This document shows, piece by piece, positions 11,501 through 21,170 of a stretch of DNA of 27,247 nt. The DNA is from Macrostomum lignano (lineage: Eukaryota): NCBI GenBank assembly GCA_002269645.1, contig NIVC01003076.1, positions 1 to 27,247 on the forward strand, given 5' to 3'. Position 1 is the first letter of the stretch, and each line of letters begins with the position of its first letter. The notes beneath the pieces were generated by a model. It did no database searches. It worked only from the letters and a program-made list of their open reading frames with translations, and was not told the DNA's origin. A program made the translations under genes and the position numbers.

Positions 11501-12933
11501 GGAACTGCCCGTGTGGTGCTCCCTTGTTTGCCCTCCAGAGTCTGGATTTGCGTCCATTGCGTTTTCCATTGTATTTTCCACGCGGTGCGCGTTCGTTCCC
11601 AGGTGCTGGTTCATTTGTTGGAATGCGCTCCCCACGGTTTATTTTTTGCTCTATCCAGCGCTTGTACAGTGCGCATCCATTGCTTAGTCCCGTCACTGCT
11701 CCAGCGGGAGAGCTACTTTTACCTGTTATATAAACCCTACCTTTTGGTGCGATAATGTAAGTGTGAGTTTTTCCCCTCTGCTCGACTCTGGCTCTGTTTT
11801 AAACATCTTCCTCTGCACATTTCTCTCGTTTAACCAGTTTATAATTACCCGGCGCCGCCGACGAATTACACTCGCTCGTAGTCATTAATATTTTAATAAT
11901 AATTAGTAAGCCTGCTCAATTCCATCTTAAGGAACATTTAATAAACGATAAGCCCCATTTATTCATTAAACTATAAGCCATAGTATTTATTTGAGTCATT
12001 TGCCCGTGGGGCGTAAAACAACCAAGTTCTCATCTCAAAGATAGCTCTGAGACTTATCCGTTCCGTAATACGTAAATTACGGTGGTGGCAGCAACTACCC
12101 TACTGAAAGTAACAAACTCAGCTATTCGACGCATTATTTTACGGAGTCAGGAATCTCCGATTACAGTGTTTCATCGATTTGAACGACCTCGCCGCTACAC
12201 GACTGCTCCGCTACGATTACGACTACCCTCCCCCCGGAACTTGAGGACCCCGGCTGTCGGAGTAAAAAGGAGAAAAAATTTTCCTGTTGAGATTCGTCTG
12301 CGCGATTTTCCGGTTTTAATCGTGCGAACTCAACATTCGGCGGCAATTCAAACGAGGAATCCGCCCCACCTCACTGGAGTCAGTAAATTTTCAAAACCGA
12401 CCAAATTCCAAGAGAAAATCTTCTCCACCCCCACCTCATAACTCTTCGCGGAGCCGCGGGTCCAACTTGCAACTTGTGCACAGTTTAAATGAACTTAATA
12501 GTTAAAACAAATCAACAATAGTTTCTATCAAACCAACCAATCTAATTAAAGTATCACTTTTTAGACAGAATATTGCTAAAATTTCATACTAACAGCTTTC
12601 AAAAGCTTTATTTTGTATCAAAAGCACTGTTTTTTCAAGGCTTTAATTCTTGTTTTCTGGTTAAGTCTATTGTTTGTTACGTGTGTTGAATAATGGCAGA
12701 AAATTGCAACTTTCAAACTTTGGCAACGTTTTCAGTATGAGTGATCTGAGATTTTATGTTAAGTATTTCATGCAATATTCAATACACTGGTCCGATTTAG
12801 AAAAATCCCTACTCGCCGTTCTTTTCCAGACTTATAGTGAGATCTGAGTATACATATCTGCTTGTAACACACGGAATTGTACCATGCCAATTGAAATTTT
12901 GTGACTTTATTGTATTCCAGGGCATATGACGAT

Positions 12934-13110
12934 GGCGACATTTGGCCGACGTTCCCGACGTCTATCGACGTCGATGACAAATATGTGCTTAATTGTATTA
13001 CATCGACGGATAACGACAACATGTGTCGGCTGAATGTCGTTGTAATGCAAAAGTACATATATTTTTTAATCAACATCGATAGACGTCGCGGAACGTCGGC
13101 CGACGTCGCC
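12934..13110. repeat. 177-bp imperfect inverted repeat (foldback; MITE-like remnant or hairpin RNA)
   Basis: Left arm ggcgacatttggccgacgttcccgacgtctatcgacgtcgatg...ttgtattacatcgac pairs with right arm gtcgttgtaatgcaa...caacatcgatagacgtcgcggaacgtcggccgacgtcgcc, giving arms of ~75 bp. Confidence 0.85.
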
Positions 13111-14069
13111 GAAAGTCGGATTGCTGCGGGAATGGGACACACTGTGTTTGTAATAGACTGAATCATATTCAGCTCACTATATATCATAATAAAAGTTTTG
13201 GCTTATTGATACGCAAGCTTGTGTTTACATTTACTTCCACAAATGTCACTAAAATATGCATGTACATAAAAAAAACATGTACATCATGAATCTGTTATCT
13301 TACTTAACTTGGAAACATCGAAGCCGCTTGCCGCCTTCTTTCAGTAGCCTATTCTAATTATTATCGTAGTCCATGTTCGGTTTAGGTTGCACCAAATATT
13401 ATTCATGGATAGCTTTGGCTTCCACAACCCAGATAAAACCCCCACCAGTCGACACTTATACAATACATGTATGATGAGATCCACCACTTAAGACTCAACG
13501 CACCACAAACTGCGATATATAGATCTTCATTTTAAATGAAATTTTGCACTGGAAAGCCTCTAAATGCAAACGCAAAATTTAAAAGTAAGTATACTACATG
13601 TAAGTAGATGAACGAGAAACCTATATATAAAAAGGAAACGAATCCAGTGCCAGCTAGCACTAAGCTACTACTAGTACGAACGGATCAGTAGTGTACAAGA
13701 GTCCTAGCTAGAATGAAAAAAAGTCAAAGATGCTGTAAACTAAACAATGTTACGAGTAAATGTACTGCCCCTTTTCCGAACCGTACCAATGTTAGTGGTG
13801 TTCAGCCGATCCTATTAAAACAAAAATACAGTCGAACAAGCTAATCCGATTAAAGAAATTGCAATTGCTAGCACAATACAGGTGTACGTAGGGTTCTACC
13901 TTCTAACAATTATAAACTCCCAATCCAAGCTATTTAACGTCATTCAAGATATCCACCTACAAAAAACAAAAACAAAACATTACAAGTGCAAGTATACTTT
14001 TGCGACTGAAAAACCTGATGACAAGATATATTTGAGCAGTCAGTTGTTTTTAGCTACGATCTTTATGGC

Positions 14070-17000
14070 CTAGTTCCTGTTCTCCAGCCACTCCAGAACC
14101 TTCACCAGCAGATCCCTGGCGATGCCAGAAGCCTCCTGCACCAGCCTCTTGGCCAACTCGATAGCGGCCTGCTTGCCGTGCTCAGCCAGCTCCCTCAGGA
14201 TGGCCTTGATCTGCTCCATGTCGATACCGATGATGTCCAGGATGTAGGCGTCGTCGTTGCGGTTCTCCAGCCACTCCAGAACCTTCACCAGCAGATCCCT
14301 GGCGATACCAGAAGCCTCCTGCAGCAGTCTCTTGGCCAGCTCGATAGCAGCCTGCTTGCCGTGCTCAGCCAGCTCCCTCAGGATGGCCTTGATCTGCTCC
14401 ATGTCGATACCGATGATGTCCAGGATGTAGGCGTCGTCGTTGCGGTTCTCCAGCCACTCCAGAACCTTCACCAGTAGATCCTTGGCGATGCCAGAAGCCT
14501 CCTGCAGCAGCCTCTTGGCCAGCTCGATAGCAGCCTGCTTGCCGTGCTCAGCCAGCTCCCTCAGGATGGCCTTGACCTCCTCGATGTTGATACCGATGAT
14601 GTCCAGGATGTAGGCGTCGTCGTTGCGGTTTCCAGCCACTCGAGGACACGGATGAGGATGTCCTTCAAAGCTCCCTGGGCCTCCTGCAGCAGTCTTTTGG
14701 CCAGCTCGATAGCAGCCTGCTTGCCGTGCTCAGCCAGCTCCCTCAGGATAGCCTTGACCTGCTCGATGTCGATACCGATGATGTCCAGGATATAGGCGGA
14801 CCTCTGACGCTCCAGGATCTCGAGCACCTTGATGAGGATGTCCTTCAGGGCTCCTTGAGCGTGCTCCAGCATCCTCTTGGCCAGCTCGATAGCGGCGTCC
14901 ATACCGTTCTGAGCGAGCTCCCTCAGGATGGCCTTGACCTCTTCGATGTTGATGCCGATCAGATCAAGAATGAACGGGCTCTTGTGAACTCCGAGCTTTC
15001 CCTCGATCTCCAGAATAATGATCTTCTCCATAAGTCTCATGAGCATATCCTTCATAATTCCCTGAGCTCCATCCATGAGCTCTTGAACCAGTTTCTTCGC
15101 AGCCTCAGTACCCTCCTCTCTTAGAGTCTCCATAATGCGATCGATGATAGACTGCTCATCAAAAGCCTGAATAGATTCGTTGCGATTCTCGAGCCACTCC
15201 AGAACCTTCACCAGTAGATCTTTGACAATGCCAGAAGCCTCCTGGATCATCTTCTTGGCCAGCTCAATAGCGGCCTGCTTGCCGTGCTCAGCCAGCTCCC
15301 TCAGGATAGCCTTGACCTCCTCGATGTTAATACCGATGATGTCCAGGATGTAGGCGTCGTGGTTGCGGTTCTGCAGCCACTCGAGTACCCGAATGAGGAT
15401 GTCCTTCAGAGCACCTTCGACGACCTCCTGCAGCAGCTTCTTGGCCAGCTCGATAGCGGCCTGCTTGCCGTGCTCAGCCAGCTCCCTCAGGATGGCCTTG
15501 ACCTGCTCGATGTCGATACCGATGATGTCCAGGATGTAGGCGGACCTCTGACGCTCCAGGATCTCGAGCACCTTGATGAGGATGTCCTTAAGAGCTCCTT
15601 GGGCTTCCTCCAGCATCCTCTTGGCCAGCTCGATAGCGGCCTGCTTGCCGTGCTGAGCGAGCTCCCTCAGGATGGCCTTGACCTCCTCCACGTCGATGCC
15701 GATCAGGTCCAGGATGAAAGCGTCGTCGTTGCGGTTCTCCAGCCACTCCAGAACCTTCACCAGCAGATCCCTGGCGATGCCAGAAGCCTCCTGCAGCAGT
15801 CTCTTGGCCAGCTCGATAGCGGCCTGCTTGCCGTGCTCAGCCAGCTCCCTCAGGATGGCCTTGATCTGCTCCATGTCGATACCGATGATGTCCAGGATGT
15901 AGGCGTCGTCGTTGCGGTTCTCCAGCCACTCCAGAACCTTCACCAGCAGATCCTTGGCGATGCCAGATGCCTCCTGCAGCAGTCTCTTGGCCAACTCGAT
16001 AGCGGCCTGCTTGCCGTGCTCAGCCAGCTCCCTCAGGATGGCCTTGATCTGCTCCATGTCGATACCGATGATGTCCAGGATATAGGCGGACCTCTGACGC
16101 TCCAGAATTTCGAGGACCTTGATGAGGATGTCCTTCAGGGCTCCTTGAGCGTGCTCCAACATCCTCTTGGCCAGCTCGATAGCGGCGTCCATACCGTTCT
16201 GAGCGAGCTCCCTCAGGATGGCCTTGACCTCCTCGACGTCAATGCCGATCAGGTCGAGAATGAATGCGTCGTCATTGCGGTTCTCCAGCCACTCGAGGAC
16301 ACGGATGAGGATGTCCTTCAGAGCTCCCTGGGCCTCCTGCAGCAGCCTCTTGGCCAGCTCGATAGCGGCCTGCTTGCCGTGCTCAGCCAGCTCCCTCAGG
16401 ATGGCCTTGACCTGCTCGATGTCGATACCGATGATGTCCAGGATGTAGGCGGACCTCTGACGCTCCAGGATCTCGAGCACCTTGATGAGGATGTCCTTCA
16501 GAGCTCCCTGAGCGTGCTGCAACATCTTTTTGGCCAGCTCGATAGCGGCCTGCTTTCCGTTCTGAGCGAGCTCCCTCAGGATGGCCTTGACCTCCTCCAC
16601 GTCGATGCCGATCAGGTCCAGGATGAAAGCGTCGTCGTTGCGGTTCTCCAGCCACTCCAGAACCTTCACCAGTAGATCCTTGGCAATGCCAGAAGCCTCC
16701 TGCACCAGCCTCTTGGCCAGCTCGATAGCGGCCTGCTTGCCGTGCTCAGCCAGCTCCCTCAGGATGGCCTTGATCTGCTCCATGTCGATACCGATGATGT
16801 CCAGGATGTAGGCGTCGTCGTTGCGGTTCTCCAGCCACTCCAGAACCTTTACCAGCAGATCCTTGGCGATGCCAGAAGCCTCCTGCAGCAGCCTCTTGGC
16901 CAGCTCGATAGCGGCCTGCTTGCCGTGCTCAGCCAGCTCCCTCAGGATGGCCTTGATCTGCTCCATGTCGATACCGATGATGTCCAGGATGTAGGCGGAC

Positions 17001-17275
17001 TTCTGACGCTCCAGAATTTCGAGGACCTTGATGAGGATGTCCTTCAGGGCTCCTTGAGCGTGTTCCAGCATCCTCTTGGCCAGCTCGATAGCGGCGTCCA
17101 TACCGTTCTGAGCGAGCTCCCTCAGGATAGCCTTGACTTCCTCCACGTCGATGCCGATCAGATCCAGGATGAAGGCGTCATCCTGCAGTTCACCCTTCGC
17201 TACCTCCTGCAGAGGAGCGGCCTGGGCAAAGGCGAATGCCAAAGAGGCGAGTCCTAGTAGAATCAAGAGTTTCAT
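14070..17275 (-). CDS. Secreted tandem-repeat polyprotein, unrecognised family: signal peptide + 17 amphipathic helical ~60-aa units, ~1068 aa; 1-nt deletion at 14630/14631
   Basis: ATG at 17275 gives MKLLILLGLASLAFAFAQA, a classic signal peptide. The ORF is intronless with strongly G/C-ending codons and is made of units like DDAYILDIIGIDMEQIKAILRELAEHGKQAAIELAKRLLQEASGIAKDLLVKVLEWLENRN. The 14070-14639 ORF carries units 15-17 in the adjacent frame. Confidence 0.88.
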
Positions 17276-17322
17276 TGTTGTCTTGGATGTGGTTTGTGAA
17301 TAAATGGAGCTGAAAAGACTTG

Positions 17323-17330
17323 TATTTATA
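17323..17330 (-). promoter_or_regulatory. Putative TATA box (TATAAATA) of the polyprotein gene
   Basis: Minus strand reads cgTATAAATAcaag 47 nt upstream of the signal-peptide ATG, a plausible spacing for a short 5' UTR. Confidence 0.55.
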
Positions 17331-18733
17331 CGTTTTTGAAACCGAAACCGCATGACAGGTTCTCAAGTTTTGAGTAGGCGTTGTGGAATGAAATTGTTGC
17401 TCATTCTGTTTTTGTAAGCGTTTTAAGTCACGAGTTGTCGCGTGTTGGAAGTCGCGTTGCAGTAACTTTTTAATGATAAGGAATTTTCTGCTTTCCTTTC
17501 TAGCTCTACTTCCCCCTCCCTGCTTTGTAAAAACTGGGTGGATGGTATGAGCTATTTTGCACTGAAGCTGAATGTGAAAATACTTTTAATAGCTAAAATT
17601 TGTATGTTATGCGACGAACGATAGCTTGTACATGTACTAGCAAGCAATGTAACCGCCAATCCAAATTGTTGTCAGCTGATTTTTAGTTAAAATAATCTCG
17701 ATTATTGCGCATTAATATTGGAATTTTGATTTAGAACCGTATCTAATTTTTAGTAACCAATGTCTTTTCTATTGGCGTTAAATTTATTGGCTGCCATTAA
17801 CCTGTATGTGTATATTTTAGCTCAGTTGAGCCAGAGTATGAGAAAAGTATAGTAGATACGACAATTGTCAGTTTATCTGATGTGGTATTTGCCACTTGGC
17901 ATCTTTATCAAATTCAGTAGCAAAATTAGATAAATAGATTATTTTTAAACGTTTTCAAGTTTCGCATTGTTCTTTTCAATCTTTTATAAATCATTGGATC
18001 TGTCATTGGCAATAAAGTAAATAGTTAAAGTAGTTAAGCATATTCTCAGGCAAGGAAACTTTTTAAATTCTTCTTTTAATTACAAAATAACCCTTTTTGC
18101 ACATGTTAGACTGCTCAATAACCTACGTGATCCCAGAACGATTTGACCAGATGTAAAAGACGTAAATACTGCATGTTTAGTACATTCGTAACCTTGTTAC
18201 GAGTATCTAGTAGATTTTGACGCGACCTGGGGACTTGGGGGGGGGGGTAATTCTCATGGACCCTGGCTCCAGTTCAGTGCATTCATTCATTTCAAATTAC
18301 TTTATGGGAAATTTTAGAAGAGTAAAACTGTGAATCAAGCCGGCAGGTTTTTTTGTTCGGCAGTCTACTTATATGGAAGCTCAGGGTGCAGAATATTGTA
18401 GCAATGGCGGAAAACTTTCGATGAAAATATTTATTTTTATTTGAAAATTCCACTCAAACCACAAACACAGCCTCGGTCGGACAAAAACTAAATTGAAACG
18501 CAAATTTTGTTGCTACAAGGTCTGAGCGCAGCACAGGAATTATAAAAATTGGCCGGGTTAATACATGCTCAGAAGTCTTCAAGCTGAGCTCACAATAGCA
18601 TTAGGGGTTGGAATGAATTTTTTGATTGAAGAAATCCCAGCTAAAGCAAAGCAGGTTAACGCACGCCCAATGTTCACAACACGTCCGTACACTTCAACGG
18701 GCGTTCGACGCTAATTTTACAGTTTTTTGTCAG

Positions 18734-19059
18734 CAGAAACGCAAAAAACAATCTTAAAAATACCAGCCACTAGCTAATTCTATTCCGGCCAATGCCGACC
18801 GCCCGGTTGTCATCCGCTGCCAGCCTGTCGGACTCTTCCCATCGCTCTCTGACCACCGCCCGGAGTCGCTGTGTGTCAACGCGTGCCTGGCCAGCTTCGG
18901 CCAGCAGACGGGCCAGTCGGACTTCGCTGTCGCGCAGTTGCAGGTGGTTCGCGACTCGATTCTCTTGCTGGGCGGACTGCACGGCAGACTGCTGAGGCGG
19001 TCGCGCGCGACCCGCTAAAATTTGAAGAATTATGGGAAGAATTTTTGCATTCTAATTAA
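18734..19059 (+). other. GC-rich coding-like island (unidentified exon or pseudogene fragment), probably one frameshift near 18990
   Basis: After a TTTTTTGTCAG acceptor-like site the frame reads AETQKTILKYQPLANSIPANADRPVVIRCQPVGLFPSL...VVRDSILLLGGLHG. An adjacent frame continues QTAEAVARDPLKFEELWEEFLHSN*. No product recognised. Confidence 0.3.
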
Positions 19060-19699
19060 AAAAACTATAAGCATTCTATTGGAAGCTCACACCCAGAGCC
19101 CAGTGAGAGAGCTAATTGCCTTTGAAAGCGACGCAAATTAAGCGAAAAACACAGAAATCTTAATGCTGAGAAACTCAGGAAGAGGGGGAATAAATCCGAA
19201 ATGGCTGGTGCTTCAAACAGCTGTCGCAAAACCGTCAGTTTTGCGTGATCGACAAGTTATAATGCCTTAACTTTTCGTTCTCTTTGTACATCCGTCGTGC
19301 AAATTGAAGGCTAAACTGATGGTGATGAAAATGAGCCTTAAATCCTGGCTAGATAATGATATGTTAGATAATTCATTTCACGAAACATAAAAACGTCAAT
19401 CAATATGCCGACGTCGGTTATGGCTCAAAAACCAAATACCGCAGTACTCTCTTATAGCTTTCCAGACAAGCAGAAGAACGGCGAGGTGTGCAATTCTGCC
19501 AAGCGTTTGTAATTGTTCTAAAAAATAAAATTGTGCGCTTGAGAAAGTCTCAAACACGCTTGATCTGTAAAAACTTCAACTAGGCGTTTGTGTCTGGGAT
19601 TCTGGGAACCCATCCAGAATGCTAGGTTTCCGGCATCACATACTCTATAGACTGAGGGTTTGCATCCTTTTTGCATTTTAACATTAAAATCGGGCAAAT

Positions 19700-19967
19700 C
19701 AGTGGCGTCGCCACCGGGGGACATGTTCCCCCAGTAAAAGCTATGGGAGGACATACCAATGCTTTGTCCCCCACCCCACCTTGGGACCCGTTGTGGAAAT
19801 CAAAAAAATTTTCTTCAGGACGCCAAAATGAGTGCCTGTGGCGCCAAAATGAGCGCTGACAACACCAATTCTCATAATAATGGACACGTAGGAATTTAGT
19901 CATGTACGTGTACATGTTGAATTCTTGGCTTTTTCGCTCCACCATAAAATCCATGGCGATGCCCCTG
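19700..19967 (+). mobile_element. Non-autonomous hAT-type MITE, copy 1 (268 bp)
   Basis: 14-bp TIRs CAGTGGCGTCGCCA and TGGCGATGCCCCTG (12/14 complementary). Flanks gggcaaat and ggacagat (6/8) form a decayed 8-bp TSD. Internally homologous to 22632-22943. Confidence 0.8.
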
Positions 19968-20820
19968 GGACAGATGTCTACAAAAAGCTCTCTTTGTACT
20001 TTGCGGCGATAAAAAAATTCAGATTCATTAGCTACTACTTAAAATAGTAGCTACAACAGACAGACCATCATCAAGCTCTGAGTTTTGTCAAAGACTGAGA
20101 GCCAGCATAATTCAATGAAGCGTCAATAAATGTGGATTCAATTCAATTTATAATTCATAATTCAATAAATGGATACCGTCTGACTGGAGCATAATTCGGT
20201 TCAAGTTCGGATGTCCAATTCTAGGCTCTTTTGCCTTTAAGTCGAGTTTCCCGGTCAGATCAATACTTGAGGTTATCATACAAAGCAATGGCAAATGTGG
20301 CAAACTGCAGTAACTATACGTGTCAGAGGGCAAGCCTGACGATTTTGTGTCTCATACCACTTCGCTTATCAGTTGCGCATGTTCCTTACATGTAATAAGT
20401 GAGCCATTGATAAATTTCCAATATACAAAAACTATGGCGTGAAGTTTTTGCAGAATATTTTAAGCGGGGAAGAATTCACGTTCCTCGAGCATTAGCGTTT
20501 AGCGTGCTAGCGCACCCGTTCCAGTACATGTTGTACTGTAAATCGCATTTTACTACATGTATGCATGCGGCACCATTCAAGGACAAGAGCTACCTTTTCA
20601 TGCCAAAATTAATAGGATTTTATATACTTTTGAGATAGGCCACTCATTGAATTCTAAGAAGCCAGAGAATCTCATGTGAATTTGGCGAAAGCACCGGTTG
20701 TTAAACTACTGAACTCAATTTAACGAGTGTATATGCATTGTTATGTATGTATGGTGCCCACATCCCATTTGCAATTGCTATTATTAAGTGTATATATCTC
20801 GCCCATTTCAATTTCAATCG

Positions 20821-21140
20821 GGGTTGTAGCTTAGTGCTTAGTGGACTCACGACTGAAAGGTCGGGGGTTCGATTCTCGGCCTCATTCGGAACAATTTGTG
20901 TCCTTGAGAAAGACGCTTAACTCTGCATTGCTTCAGTTCACCCAGCTGTAAAATGGGTGCCAGCATTAGCTGGGGCAATTGAAAGTGTGTGTGTGACGAC
21001 CCCCAGTCCTTGGACTGAACAGCCGTACGCAGCCTTCAGATGTGCACGCAATAGCTGCGGCTGAGCTGTCGGTTGCACATCTGCCCATTTAGCAAGTATA
21101 ATAGAGTATTATTAATAATTATTATAATTATTTTAATTAT
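20821..21140 (+). mobile_element. tRNA-derived SINE with conserved-core-like middle and (ATT)n-rich tail
   Basis: A-box-like TAGCTTAGTGC at 20827-20837 and B-box-like GGTTCGATTCT at 20866-20876. These are followed by TTGTGTCCTTGAGAAAGACGCTTAAC and CACCCAGCTGTAAAATGGGTGCC, which resemble core domains of metazoan SINE superfamilies (recalled, not aligned). The AT-rich tail is at ~21098-21140. Confidence 0.75.
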
Positions 21141-21170
21141 ACTGCGAGATATCTACCCGATCGTCAATAT

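Noticed and set aside
14178-17257. Long plus-strand ORFs (e.g. 15284-16675, 463 aa; 16742-17257) with repeating MLSQLPQDGLDLL motifs
   Set aside because: Antisense shadows of the polyprotein. Its biased codon use rarely includes TTA/CTA/TCA, so the opposite strand lacks stops. Starts are non-ATG and there is no independent signal.
17276-17353. N-terminal extension MRFRFQKRINT... of the 930-aa ORF
   Set aside because: It overlaps the TATA-like box and would precede a textbook signal peptide. The ATG at 17275 is the better start.
19671-19859. A 'VCP' tripeptide in minus-strand ORF 19622-19954 as a possible downstream resolving-Cys exon for the peroxiredoxin
   Set aside because: It lies inside MITE copy 1 and has no GE-VCP-A.W context or other Prx similarity.
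20821-20890. Functional tRNA genes here and at 21814-21890
   Set aside because: A/B boxes are present but I could not build a complete cloverleaf with a paired acceptor stem. Both continue into SINE-like bodies and tails.
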